Shown one piece after another: positions 24,158 to 36,388 of a stretch of DNA of 64,000 nt. Below the pieces are notes generated by a model. It saw nothing but the letters and a program-made list of their open reading frames with translations. It was not told where the DNA came from and did not search any database. Position 1 is the first letter of the stretch, and every line of letters starts with the position of its first letter. Both the position numbers and the translations under genes were made by a program. The stretch is taken from NCBI GenBank assembly GCA_002269645.1, contig NIVC01003093.1, positions 1 through 64,000 of the forward strand. Direction: 5' to 3'. Source of the stretch: Macrostomum lignano (Eukaryota).

Positions 24158-26163
24158 ATGCCTTCAATCAGCAAGGATAAGCCACAGCAGCGTGGCTCTT
24201 CAAAGCTGCAGCAGAAGCAGAAATTGGCAAAGCCAAAGCAGCAGCAGCCAACCAAGGTGGTTCTCCGCCGCCTGCCTGCCGGCCTGTCTGAGGCCGACTT
24301 CCTCGCCCAGGTTGGCAGCTTGCCGTTCCAGCACAGCGAATTTCGCTACTGCCCTGCCGACCCGGAGCTCGGCTTCTGCCGGGCCTACGTCTGCTTGAGC
24401 AACAAGGAGGACCTGCTGCCCTTCTGCCAGCAGTGGGATGGCTACGTCTTCGTGGATGCCAAGGGGGTCGAGTCGGCCGCTCTGGTCGAGCTGGCGCCCT
24501 ACCAGGTAAGGCCTGGCCTCTGCAGCCAAGTGCCTCTTTTCCTCTCTACTCCCCTTCCATCTCTGCCGCTCTCACCTGTCCTCTAATAATAATAAATAAT
24601 AATAATGCCTAATAGGCAGATGTACAACCGACAGCTCAGCCGCAGCTATTGCGCGGCGCATCTGAAGGCTGCGTACGGCTGTTCAGTCCTAGGACTGGGG
24701 GTTGCCACGCACCCTCAATTACCCCAGCTAATGCTGGCACCCATTTTACAACTATGTGAACTGAAGCAATGCAGAGTTAAGTGTCTTGCTCAAGGACACA
24801 TGAAATTGTTCCAAGTGGGTCGAGAATCGAACCCCCGACCTTTCGACGCTCTAACCACTTAGACCACAATCCTTATGCTATGCCTAGACTTCCCCTAACT
24901 CAGTAGGCTAGTTAGAGTGCACTTGGAGTTTAATAGGGCGTCCAGAGCGTCTCAGAAGTGACGCACTAACGATTCTATCAGTGACGCTGAAGCGCTTCTT
25001 CTGCGACTTTTCTAGCGCTCAAATGCGCTTGAAATACGATTCTACGGCCCCAGAGTTGTTTCACAGTCGCAGACAATAAAACGCTTCAAAGTGATTTTCG
25101 AGGAGTCTGAAATGACTCTGGGATGCTTCTTGGCCTGGGCACCGTTCTCATCGGCTTTTGTTCAATACCTTTCCAGGTGACAGACGGCGCCAAGAGGGCC
25201 AAGCCGAATCTGAAGCAGGGCACTCTGGAGGCCACGCCCGAGTACGCCGCCTTCCTGGCCGACCTGGCGGCCGAAGCGGACCGGCCGGCGCCGACCTGGG
25301 AGTCCAGCCTCGAAGCCATTCGCCGGCGCGAGAAAGAATCCGCCGAGGCTGCCGACGCGTCCAAGCTGACCCCGCTGCTGCTGCACCTGCGGCAGAAGCG
25401 GCTGGACCGGCAGCGCCAGCAGCGGGACAAGGCCGAGGCGCGGCGGCGAGACGATGAGGACAGGCGGAAACGCGACCGGGAGCGGGAGAAGCAGCGAAAG
25501 CAGCAGCAGGGCAAGCCGAAGCAGCAGTCTCAGCAGAAGCAAGCTTCGGCAGGCGCCAAACCTGAAACTGCTCAAGCTTCCCAGCCTCCATCAGCATCAT
25601 CCTCATCAACTAAAGTAATAGAAATAAAACGTAGGCCTGCAACTGCCGCTGACGAGAGAAACTCTGTGGATGAGAAGCCTCCGCCACCTCAGCCTCCGCC
25701 ACCTCAGCCTCCGCCACCTCAGCCTCCGCCACCTCCGCCGCAGCAGCAGCCGCAGCAGCAGCAGCAGCAACAGAAACCGGCGCAACCAAAGCAGAAGCAG
25801 CAGAAGCAGCAAGCAAGTGCAGACAGTCGCGGTGGAGGCGGAGGCGGAGGTCGCGGAGCCGCCGGCGGAGGACGCGGTGGCGGCGGCGGCGGCAGGCGGA
25901 AGACAGACTTCGATTATAAGCAAGAGTACTACAAGTACTTGCAGGGCATTGGGGGCTACGAAGAATATGGCGGCGGAGGGGCCGGCGGCAGCGGCGGCTA
26001 CAGACAGGACGGCTCTTCCGCTTCCTATTCTCGTCGAGGCGGTCGCGGAGGCGGCGGAGGCGGGGGCGGCAGCCAGGGCCAGAGCGGTCCGCAGCAGCCA
26101 CAACAGCCACAGAAGTCCTACAGCGCGCAGCGCAGCGCAAGAGGCGGCGGCGACCGCAGCTGA
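24158..26163 (+). CDS. UPF3: Regulator of nonsense transcripts 3 (UPF3/Smg4); exons 24158-24505 and 25177-26163, 444 aa
   Basis: KVVLRRLPAGL..FCRAYV..DGYVFVDAKG.E..ALVELAPYQ and GTLEATPEYAAFL match the UPF3 RRM-like domain; phase-0 CAG|GTAAG donor and TTCCAG| acceptor. Confidence 0.93.
24585..24872 (-). mobile_element. tRNA-derived CORE-like SINE in the UPF3 intron
   Basis: Minus strand: A box TGGTCTAAGTGG, B box GGTTCGATTCT, body GTGTCCTTGAGCAAGACACTTAACTC..TGTAAAATGGG resembling the MIR/CORE domain, (ATT)n tail; second copy at ~60510-60750. Confidence 0.85.
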
Positions 26164-26944
26164 CATTGAGGGTGTAGTCGGTGGGCCTATTGTGTTATAC
26201 CTGGTCATGGGAAAGAATATATCGAAAGTTAATATTTGTGATTATTTTCTATAGTTCAATTTGATTTTGATATCCGTAGATTGGTGCAAATTCTTTTTTT
26301 AGAACACATGTGATGATCCGTATGGCCTACGTAACAGTAGTGTGCGAGTGCGTTCCTCTCCTGATCTACTCTCCCTCTCCTACCTCTCCCTCTCGTCCCT
26401 CTTCCTCTCTCTTCCTCTCTCTAGCTACCTCAATCCCTCCCTTGCTCTCCCACTCTCCCTCTACCTCTCTAGCTACCTCTTTCCCTCACCCTCTACCTCT
26501 CCTCCCTCACCCTCTCGCTCTGTCCCTCCTTCACTCCTCCCTCTCTCTCAAATAGAAGATTGCATCAGTATTTCCCCATTCTGCTGGGTGCAGTTGGGGT
26601 TGAAATTGAAGCTTCAGGTTGAAACGAATTTAAAAATCATCTCTTCGATATCCGTTCATGCAGCCGTCTGTAAACATCTTGACATTTTATTGCACGTGTA
26701 ACACCATTTTATGCAGCTTCTGACAAAACTATTGCTACTGGTCTTTGTCTGTTTCGTCTTTGAGCCTGTGCTAAACCAAGAACTGATGCGTGTTTCACAT
26801 AATCACTTTAATATAATAATACATTTGTGATTGACCTCCGTCATACTGGTAAATAATTTTCATCAGCTTCAGTGCAAACAAATCTGACTTTGAGTGGCGG
26901 TTTTTGTTTTTTTTCTCTATTATCTTGCTTCACTCTCACTACAT

Positions 26945-27290
26945 CAGTGTCTCTCTCAGTGCCTCTCAATGTTTTCAGTTTGAGTCTTTCTTAGTGTCTC
27001 TCTCAATGCTCTCAGCGCCCCTCTCAATGCTCTCAGTGCCTCTCTCAATGCTCTCAGTGCCTCTCAATGCTCTCAGTGCCTCTCTCAATGCTCTCAGTGT
27101 CTCTCTCAATGCTCTCAGTGTCTCTCTCAATGCTCTCAGCGCCTCTCTCAATGCTCTCAGTGCCTCTCTCAATATGCTCTCAGTGCCTCTCTCAATGCTC
27201 TCAGTGCCTCTCTCAATGCTCTCAGTGCCTCTCTCAATGCTCTCAGTGCCTCTCAGTGTCTCCCAGTGCCTCTCAGCTTTTTTGAGTGCC
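26945..27290. repeat. 21-bp minisatellite CTCTCTCAATGCTCTCAGTGC
   Basis: Read directly; preceded by a CT-rich tract at 26350-26550. Confidence 0.92.
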
Positions 27291-27439
27291 CTGCCCTCAC
27301 TCGAGTCACTCCGCCTGTGTGGAACCCTAGCCTCGTCATCGTGAAGACTTCGCACCAGAATACTCGCAGCTTCCAAACACGACAACCTCAGAGCGAAACT
27401 ATATCGCACTCAAATTCATCTATAGGAGGTTGCGCGCCT

Positions 27440-27840
27440 GTCGAGCTAAGCGGCTAAATATGTTTGCTTGCGCCTCCTTTTGATTTCAATTAGCCTTTCA
27501 ACTTTACTGGCTTTACTGTTCAATCGAAAGTTTAGAACACAAGTTTTTGTTCGAACGATAGTTGTTAGGCCACCAGTTTGCTCGCTCGCAAGTTGTTAGC
27601 GCATTTGGTTGCAGGAACGCTGGTAGAATTCAAGCTTTCTCCGCATCCGTAAGTCCGTACGTTCTCATCATAAGGTCAAACTGGTTTAGGAATTGTGTGA
27701 ACGGCGCTCCAATCTCGTACCTTCCCAGACGCTGTTGTTCGGCCTGTACGATGCCTGGGATTTGCGTTGTTGTTCGCTCTTCCCGAAGCCGTTGGAGCTC
27801 GTTTCTCAGCGCTTGTAAATCTGCTGCGTCGGCCATATCT
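27440..27840 (-). pseudogene. LTR-retrotransposon gag N-terminal remnant
   Basis: MADAADLQALRNELQRLREE coiled coil then YEIGAPFTQFLNQFDLMMRTYGLTDAEKA*ILPAFL, the typical gypsy-gag F..F..QF pattern; premature stop. Confidence 0.6.
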
Positions 27841-28305
27841 TCTTCTGAAATCGGTTCGTCGTCTTATCATCAAAGTTAAGTTAACTAGACCCATGCTTAA
27901 TTAATTGTGACAATTACCGTTGCTATGGTAACCGTCGCTCTAATTAAAACCTGACTGCAGGCTGTCAACTGGCCTGAGTCCGAGTTCGCTTGGTGCATCG
28001 ACGCAGTTATGATGAATAATAAATTTATACCAAAAAAATTTTCTGCCCTATATCAAAGCAGCACGTGGGTATTCCCAGCTTGAAAACTAATTATTGATTT
28101 TTTCCCCACTGGGTGCAGCTCTGCTTTTGTCTGTCTGGCTGTCTCTCTGATCCTGCCCCGTCCGTGTCTGCCAGTCCACACAGCTGCATGTAGCTCAGCT
28201 GCAGTTCCCGTAATGCTTCCTCTGTGGTATGCTTTTCCTGTTCATCTTCCTCTCAGCTGGGGCTCCGGCTAGCGCCAAAGCCTTCGTATTGTAGTGCATG
28301 CATGT

Positions 28306-28650
28306 AGGTCTTGAGTTCGATTCCGTTCCACGGCAGCCATATTAATAGATTGTATAGCTTTGCTTTTTGTGGTCCCAAGCTCGATAGTGACGTTAATAAC
28401 TTGGGTCTGGTGGTCCTGAGTTCTTATCCGTGTGCGGTGGCTATGCTAATATCTTTTGGTTTGGATGTCCTGAGTTCGAATCCGTGTGCGGTGGCTATGC
28501 TAACAACTTTGGGTTTGGATGTCCTGAGTTCGAATCCGTGTGCGGTGGCTATGCTAACAACTTTGGGTTTGGATGTCCTGAGTTCGAATCCGTGTGCGGT
28601 GGCTATACTAATAACTTTGGGTTTGGATGTCCTGAGTTCGATTCCGTGCT
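28306..28650 (+). repeat. 54-bp tandem array containing Pol III B-box-like GAGTTCGAATCC
   Basis: Five 54-bp units starting ~28412, 28466, 28520, 28574 and 28628 plus a diverged copy at ~28306. Confidence 0.85.
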
Positions 28651-29364
28651 TAGCTGGGGTCCGCGAAAAGAGCTCCCATCTCCTATAGATGTATCTCTTC
28701 TATCCTGCTCACCTGTCTCAGCCAACCCTCCCATCGCCCACGGCTGTTTCAAACTGCAGATTTAACTCAGCCTCACTATATGGCCAATCATACATTTATG
28801 CCAACTCTTGTTTAACTACCGCCTATAAATTTAATTAATCCACCGAAAACTTTTTGAGCAGCAGCTCATTAGCGTCAGAACTACAAATTGATGAGCAGTG
28901 TATAGATACAGAAGTCTGGCTGATTGGCCTTAAGACCCCTCCCCGATCGGCAATAAAACTTTATTGACAGCAGAAATTAATTACTTGTCTACCCTCCTTC
29001 ATTGGCAATGTCCGCGCTGCCAACTGCTCTTGTACAGGTAGCCATAGCTCGGCTGAGTTAAACTGCCTGAGAAAATCTGCACTGTGATGGGTTTAGAGGG
29101 CTCCGGCTGCATGGCTTCATTGGCTGTCCGATCATCTGTCCCAATGGTGTTGTCATGGCAACCACCCGCATATACGCGAATACGAAGTAAGCCTGGCTGG
29201 AACAGGCAAGCTCTGCTGATTCCCATTATTAATCCCTGAACCCCTTCTAACCTCAGTCCCGGCTGCTGGCAAGTGCTGAGTTTGGTTTTATGGGGCTCTA
29301 CACTGAAAGATCTGGTGTGAAAACTGCTGCTTCCAAATCCCATCACTGCTATGAAGTATGGCTG

Positions 29365-30145
29365 ACTGTGCCTCTCAGTGCCTCTCCTAGTGCCTCTCCT
29401 AGTGCCTCTCCTAGTGCCTCTTCTCTCAGTGCCTCTCAGTGCCTCTCCTAGTGCCTCTCCTAGTGCCTCTCAGTGCCTTTCAGTGCCTCTCCTAGTGCCT
29501 CTCCTAGTGCCTCTCCTAGTGCCTCTCCTAGTGCCTCTTCTCTCAGTGCCTCTCAGTGCCTCTCCTAGTGCCTCTCCTAGTGCCTCTTCTCTCAGTGCCT
29601 CTCAGTGCCTCTCCTAGTGCCTCTCCTAGTGCCTCTCAGTGCCTTTCAGTGCCTCTCCTAGTGCCTCTCCTAGTGCCTCTCCTAGTGCCTCTTCTCTCAG
29701 TGCCTCTCAGTGCCTCTCCTAGTGCCTCTTCTCTCAGTGCCTCTCAGTGCCTCTCCTAGTGCCTCTCCTAGTACCTCTCCTAGTGCCTCTCCTAGTGCCT
29801 CTTCTCTCAGTGCCTCTCAGTGCCTCTCCTAGTGCCTCTTCTCTCAGTGCCTCTCAGTGCCTCTCCTAGTGCCTCTCCTAGTGCCTCTCCTAGTGCCTCT
29901 CCTAGTGCCTCTCCTAGTGCCTCTCCTAGTGCCTCTCCTAGTGCCTCTCCTAGTGCCTCCTCTCTCAGTGTCTCTCAGTGCCTCTCTCAGTGCCTCTCCT
30001 AGTGCCTCTCAGTGCCTTTCAGTGCCTCTCCTAGTGCCTCTTCTCTCAGTGTCTTTCAGTGCCTCTCAGTGCCTCTCCTAGTGCCTCTCCTAGTGCCTCC
30101 TCTCTCAGTGTCTCAGTGCCTCTTCCAGTGCCTCTCCCAGTGTCT
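29365..30145. repeat. 12-bp minisatellite GTGCCTCTCCTA with variants
   Basis: Read directly. Confidence 0.95.
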
Positions 30146-30459
30146 CTCCTGAAGAGAGAAAAGAGAAACGACTTCTGCTGAAAATTGTGTGCCAACTGTA
30201 AAATGATTTATTTGACTTTGTGTGAGAAACGCAGGGTTTGGCTTGAGGTTTTGGTCACTCCTCCAGATCACTAATCTCCAGGTAGTGGGGCTGGGGAGGC
30301 TGCAGGTGGGGCGCTGACCCACCCTCCCCGTGGGTGAGGTCTCACACAGGCGCCAGCACTCTATAAAGCTTTAAACTGCTGGCTTGGGAGCTGCTCAACC
30401 AGTGCAAGACATCGGCTTGTCAGAGAAGCCAGCAAGCTTAAAATTTAGTCCGTGATTCA

Positions 30460-31738
30460 ATGAGCAGCATCGAGATGACTTCTAACGGAGAGACCGCAAT
30501 GCGACCCGAAGGTAAAATTATCTTCAATACCTGGCCACCTGTCAAAAATCTACCGGTATATACTAATTTTGCGTTGTTTGTCTGTCTGTCTGTCTATCTT
30601 TCTGTGGAATTGATTTTTTCGTAAACCCTCTGGTCGAGAAATAAAGCCGATATGTATCGAAAAAATAAAACTAGAGAAATAAAACCGATATGTATAAAAA
30701 ATATAAAACTAGAGAAATAAAGCCGATATGTATCAAAAAATATAAAACTAGAGAACTAAAGCCGATATGTATCGAAAAAAAATAAAACTAGAGAAATAAA
30801 GTCGATATGTATCGAAAAAAATAAAACTAGAGAAATAAAGCCGATATGTATCGAAAAAGATAAAACTAGGGAAATAACGCCGATATGTATCAAAAAAATA
30901 TGAAACTACCAAATGCGATATGTATAGAAAGAATACAAAAAACCCTGCGATGAAAAATTCGATTTGGAAGTGCTGGGTCAAATATTATGAATTTGAATGC
31001 CCCCCAGTGGGGGGGGGGGCTTGGTGCGCTAGTTATTGCTATTGTAACAACTAACGACCCCTGGCTCGATTCGCATTCACTTTGGTCTTGTGCGCACGTG
31101 TGTATGAGGCAGAATTATCGAAGGCGTTGCGTCAGGGTTTCCGCAGTCCTGTTGCAATTATTATTTATTAAATACATGTTAATAGGCACTGCACTATAGC
31201 AGTTGTCAGCAGCAATATATTCCCTCTCTACAAGCCGCAGGTGCCAAAGCCGAGAAAATCGGTTGCTGCGGCTGGCTGCTCGCAGGACTCTCCTACCTGG
31301 TTGCCTTGTTCACTTTTCCGGTGTCCCTACTTTTCTGTCTTAAGGTGAGTGCCAGCTCTGTTGCTCCATCAGCTATAAATTTGTCGCTTGTTGTGCAGGC
31401 AGCCATTTCTGTGACAATGTGCCGCAGGTGGTGCAGGAATACGAGCGGGCTGTGATCTTCCGCCTCGGTCGGCTGATCAGTGGCGGCGCGAAGGGCCCAG
31501 GTGAGTTGAGCTCTTGGATTTGCCTTTCGGTGGCTCCTATTTGAGTAGCTGATTCACGCCTCGTTTGAGCACCCGCCTCTGCTTCTCTACCATTGTGCTC
31601 AAGGCATCATCCTTGTGCTGCCGTGCATCGAGAGTTATAGCAAGGTGGACCTGAGGACCGTCTCCTTTGACGTGCCGCCGCAAGAGGTCAGACTGGAATC
31701 GGATTGCTGTTGTCTGTCTGTCTGTGTGTCTGTCTGTG

Positions 31739-31797
<59 letters not shown>

Positions 31798-31798
31798 A

Positions 31799-31839
<41 letters not shown>

Positions 31840-34800
31840 GTCTGTCTGTCTGTCTGCAACCCTAGACCGGCCCTCTGTCCAGGTGCTCACTAAGGACTCC
31901 GTCACCGTCAGCGTGGACGCTGTGGTGTATTACCGAGTCAACAATGCCACAGTCTCGGTGGCAAACGTGGAGAACGCGCACCACTCCACCAGGCTGCTGG
32001 CCCAAACCACCCTGAGGAACGTGCTAGGCACCAAGAACCTGGCCGAGATCCTGTCCGAACGGGAGAGCATCAGCAACTCCATGCAGGTGAGCAGCCATGG
32101 CTACCACCAGCTCCACTTTGCAGTAGTAGCAGCCAGGCAGACTCTCCATCTCTCCCTGACTCTCTCCATCTCTCCCTGACTTTCTCCATCCCTCCCTGAC
32201 TCTCTCCATCTCTCCCTGACTCTCTCCATCTCTCCCTGACTTTCTCCATCCCTCCCTGACTCTCTCCATCCCTCCCTGACTCTCTCCATCTCTCCCTGAC
32301 TTTCTCCATCCCTCTCTGACTCTCTCCATCTCTCCCTGACTTTCTCCATCCCTCCCTGACTCTCTCCATCCCTCCCTGACTCTCTCCATCTCTCCCTGAC
32401 TCTCTCTCCATCTCTCCCTGACTTTCTCCATCTCTCCCTGACTCTCTCCATCTCTCCCTGACTTTCTCCATCTCTCCCTGACTTTCTCCATCCCTCCCTG
32501 ACTCTCTCCATCCCTCCCTGACTCTCTCCATCTCTCCCTGACTCTCTCTCCATCTCTCCCTGACTTTCTCCATCTCTCCCTGACTCTCTCCATCTCTCCC
32601 TGACTCTCTCCATCTCTCCCTGACTTTCTGAGCAGCCATGGCTACCACCAGCTCCACTTTGCAGTAGTAGCAGCCAGGCAGACTCTCCATCTCTCCCTGA
32701 CTCTCTCCATCTCTCCCTGACTTTCTCCATCCCTCCCTGACTCTCTCCATCTCTCCCTGACTCTCTCCATCTCTCCCTGACTTTCTCCATCTCTCCCTGA
32801 CTCTCTCCATCTCTCCCTGACTCTCTCCATCTCTCTCTGACTCTCTCCATCTCTCCCTGACTTTCTGAGCAGCCATGGCTACCACCAGCTCCACTTTGCA
32901 GTAGTAGCAGCCAGGCAGACTCTCCATCTCTCCCTGACTCTCTCCATCTCTCCCTGACTCTCTCCATCTCTCCCTGACTTTCTCCATCTCTCCCTGACTC
33001 TCTCCATCTCTCCCTGACTCTCTCCATCTCTCCCTGACTCTCTCCATCCCTCCCTGACTCTCTCCATCTCTCCCTGACTCTCTCCATCTCTCCCTGACTT
33101 TCTCCATCCCTCTCTGACTCTCTCCATCTCTCCCTGACTCTGATTTCTCTCCTCGATAGTAAGTTCAGTATTACCGGTCGCAACTTCAATCTGATTTCAG
33201 ACTGCCCTTGACGAAGCCACCGTAGCCTGGGGTATCAAAGTTGAGCGAGTTGAAATGTAAGTAAACATTTGTTACTACTTACTGTATAAGTAGCGTGTTG
33301 ACAAGCAAAAAAAGTCAAGTTAAAATCCTGAGCATTATTAATCATTGCAGCAAGGATGTCCGCCTGCCGGTTCAGCTGCAGAGGGCCATGGCTGCCGAAG
33401 CCGAGGCCGACAGGGAGGCCCGCGCCAAGGTTCGTGGAGTGAATGAGTGAAAGACTGATGGAGTGAATGAGTGACAGACTGATGGAGTGAATAAGTGACA
33501 GACTGATGAAGTGAATGAGTGACAGACTGATGGAGTGAATGAGTGACAGACTGTCTGATGGAGTGAATGAGTGACAGACTGTCTGATGGAGTGAATGAGT
33601 GACAGACTGTCTGATGGAGTGAATGAGTGACAGACTGTCTGATGGAGTGAATGAGTGACAGACTGATGGAGTGAATGAGTGACAGACTGATGGAGTGAAT
33701 GAGTGACAGACTGTCTGATGGAGTGAATGAGTGACAGACTGTCTGATGGAGTGAATGAGTGACAGACTGATGGAGTGAATGAGTGACAGACTGTCTGATG
33801 GAGTGAATGAGTGACAGACTGTCTGATGGAGTGAATGAGTGACAGACTGTCTGATGGAGTGAATGAGTGACAGACTGATGGAGTGAATGAGTGACAGACT
33901 GTCTGATGGAGTGAATGAGTGACAGACTGATGGAGTGAATGAGTGACAGACTGATGGAGTGAATGAGTGACAGACTGTCTGATGGAGTGAATGAGTGACA
34001 GACTGATGGAGTGAATGAGTGACAGACTGTCTGATGGAGTGAATGAGTGACAGACTGATGGAGTGAATGAGTGACAGACTGATGGAGTGAATGAGTGACA
34101 GACTGTCTGATGGAGTGAATGAGTGACAGACTGATGGAGTTAATGAGTGACAGACTGATGGAGTGAAAGATTTGTGGAGTGACAGATCGACGAGGTAACT
34201 TTTTTGCAAAGGGAAAATTGACAGTGTAATGACACTGTATCTGTGATAGAGTGTTAGATTGACAAAGTGACAGATTGACGGAGTGAAAGATTGACGGAGT
34301 GACAGATTGACGGATCGACAGATTGACGGAGTGACAGATTGGCGGATTGACAGATTGACGGAGTGCCAGATTGACGGATTGACAGATTGACGGAGTGACA
34401 GATTGATAAAGTGACAGATTGACGGAGTGACAGATTGAAAAAGTGACAGATTGACAAAGTGACAGATTGACAAAGTGACGGATTGACAAAGTGACAGATT
34501 GACGGAGTGACAGATTGGCAAAGTGACAGATTGACAAAGTGACAGATTGACGGAGTGACAGATTGGCAAAGTGACAGATTGACAAAGTGACAGATTGACG
34601 GAGTGACAGATTGACAAAGTGACAGATTGACAAAGTGACAGATTGACAAAGTGACAGATTGACGGAGTGACAGATTGACAAAGTGACAGATTGACAAAGT
34701 GACAGATTGACGGAGTGACAGATTGACGGATTGACAGATTGACGGAGTGACAGATTGACGGAGTGACAGATTGACGGAGTGACAGATTGACGGAGTGACA

Positions 34801-35533
34801 GATTGATGGAGTGACAGATTGACAAAGTGACAGATTGACGGAGTGACAGATTGACAAAGTGACAGATTGACAAGGTGACAGATTGTCGGAGTGACAGATT
34901 GACGGAGTGACAGATTGACGGAGTGAGAGATTGACGGAGTGACAGATTGACGGAGTGACAGATTGACAAAGTGACAGATTGACGGAGTGACAGATTGACA
35001 AGGTGACAGATTGTCGGAGTGACAGATTGACGGAGTGACAGATTGACAAAGTGACAGATTGACAAAGTGACGGATTGACAAAGTGACAGATTGACGGAGT
35101 GACAGATTGGCAAAGTGACAGATTGACAAAGTGACAGATTGACGGAGTGACAGATTGGCAAAGTGACAGATTGACAAAGTGACAGATTGACGGAGTGACA
35201 GATTGACAAAGTGACAGATTGACAAGGTGACAGATTGACGGAGTGACAGATTGACGGAGTGACAGATTGACGGAGTGACAGACACAGGCGAGCGTCACGC
35301 CACCTCGCCCCCGTCATTCGCAGGTGATCGCGGCCGAGGGTGAGCAGCGCGCCTCGGTGGCCCTGAAAGAGGCCAGTGACGTCATCAGCTCGTCGCCAGC
35401 GGCCCTGCAGCTGCGCTACCTGCAGACTCTGACGGGCATCTCTGCCGAGAAGAATTCCACCATAATCTTCCCGCTGCCCATCGACCTGATAGCGACCTTC
35501 ATGAACACCGCCAAAGATAAGAAAACTGACTGA
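30460..35533 (+). CDS. STOM: Stomatin / MEC-2-like SPFH (band 7) protein, 8 exons, 286 aa
   Basis: Exons 30460-30511, 31241-31344, 31428-31500, 31604-31686, 31883-32086, 33201-33256, 33351-33429, 35324-35533, all GT-AG and phase-compatible. [83 protein letters not shown]-like CTATAAAG at ~30360. Exon 1 assignment less certain. Confidence 0.95.
30640..30925. repeat. ~41-bp tandem array AAAACTAGAGAAATAAAGCCGATATGTATCG in stomatin intron 1
   Basis: About 7 copies. Confidence 0.9.
31712..31857. repeat. (TCTG)n microsatellite in stomatin intron 4
   Basis: Read directly. Confidence 0.95.
32140..33145. repeat. 20-bp (CTCTCCATCTCTCCCTGACT)n array in stomatin intron 5
   Basis: Tandem units interrupted by two copies of the 5' intron block. 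Confidence 0.95.
33435..35283. repeat. Two arrays in stomatin intron 7: (GGAGTGAATGAGTGACAGACTG[TCTG]AT)n then (GTGACAGATTGACRRA)n
   Basis: Read directly; source of the 343-687 aa spurious ORFs. Confidence 0.96.
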
Positions 35534-35827
35534 GCAGTTTTTGAGCAGCTTTGCCCAATGAATTCAAGTTAACAGGTCGATCTGAAACGCATGAACAGCC
35601 TCTTCTGAACATCGGCATGTCCGTCTATCCGCTGTGTTTTTAGTTTGTTTTCTGCTACCCGCGTATAAAACTTCTGTTTTTGGATAGATTTTCGAAACTC
35701 GGTGTTATTCGGCTCGGTAGTTTATGTTTTTGTCCCTATTAAACTTTGAGTCTTGATCTCTGGAGATGCGAGGACTTGCTCTACAGTATAAGCTCCATTT
35801 ATCGCTTAAAGCACTGAATCGGCTACC

Positions 35828-36388
35828 TCTACCCTCTCCACTCACTCCTCTCCACTCTCCACTCACCCCTCTCCACTCTCCACTCTCCCCTCTCCACTCT
35901 CCACTCTCCCCTCTCCACTCTCCACTCTCCCCTCTCCCCTCTCCACTCTCCACTCTCCCCTCTCCACTCTCCACTCTCCCCTCTCCCCTCTCCACTCTCC
36001 ACTCTCCACTCTCCACTCTCCCCTCTCCACTCTCCCCTCTCCACTCTCCACTCTCCCCTCTCCACTCTCCCCTCTCCACTCTCCACTCTCCCCTCTCCCC
36101 TCTCCACTCTCCACTCTCCACTCTCCCCTCTCCACTCTCCACTCTCCCCTCTCCACTCTCCCCTCTCCACTCTCCCCTCTCCCCTCTCCACTCTCCACTC
36201 TCCACTCTCCCCTCTCCACTCTCCCCTCTCCACTCTCCCCTCTCCACTCTCCACTCTCCCCTCTCCACTCTCCACTCTCCCCTCTCCACTCTCCACTCTC
36301 CCCTCTCCCCTCTCCACTCTCCACTCTCCACTCTCCCCTCTCCACTCTCCCCTCTCCACTCTCCCCTCTCCACTCTCCACTCTCCACT
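35828..36388. repeat. 7-bp-based (CTCCACT/CTCCCCT)n array
   Basis: Read directly. Confidence 0.95.

Noticed and set aside
24148-24160. ATTGCATG at the UPF3 start matching the SL 3' end
   Set aside because: An 8-nt match is too short to distinguish from chance.
28412-28650. tRNA gene cluster
   Set aside because: Only a T-arm-like word is present; no acceptor, D or anticodon stems; 54-bp period.
28999-29346. 115-aa minus-strand ORF
   Set aside because: No recognisable motif or splice context; may be decayed mobile DNA but unsupported.
33235-35317. 659-687 aa ORFs, and similar long ORFs at 3871-5091, 7151-8446, 32024-33189, 35705-36434, 53576-55078, 56247-57800 and 58200-58964
   Set aside because: They are stop-free translations of tandem repeats, open in several frames and strands, and often inside introns.
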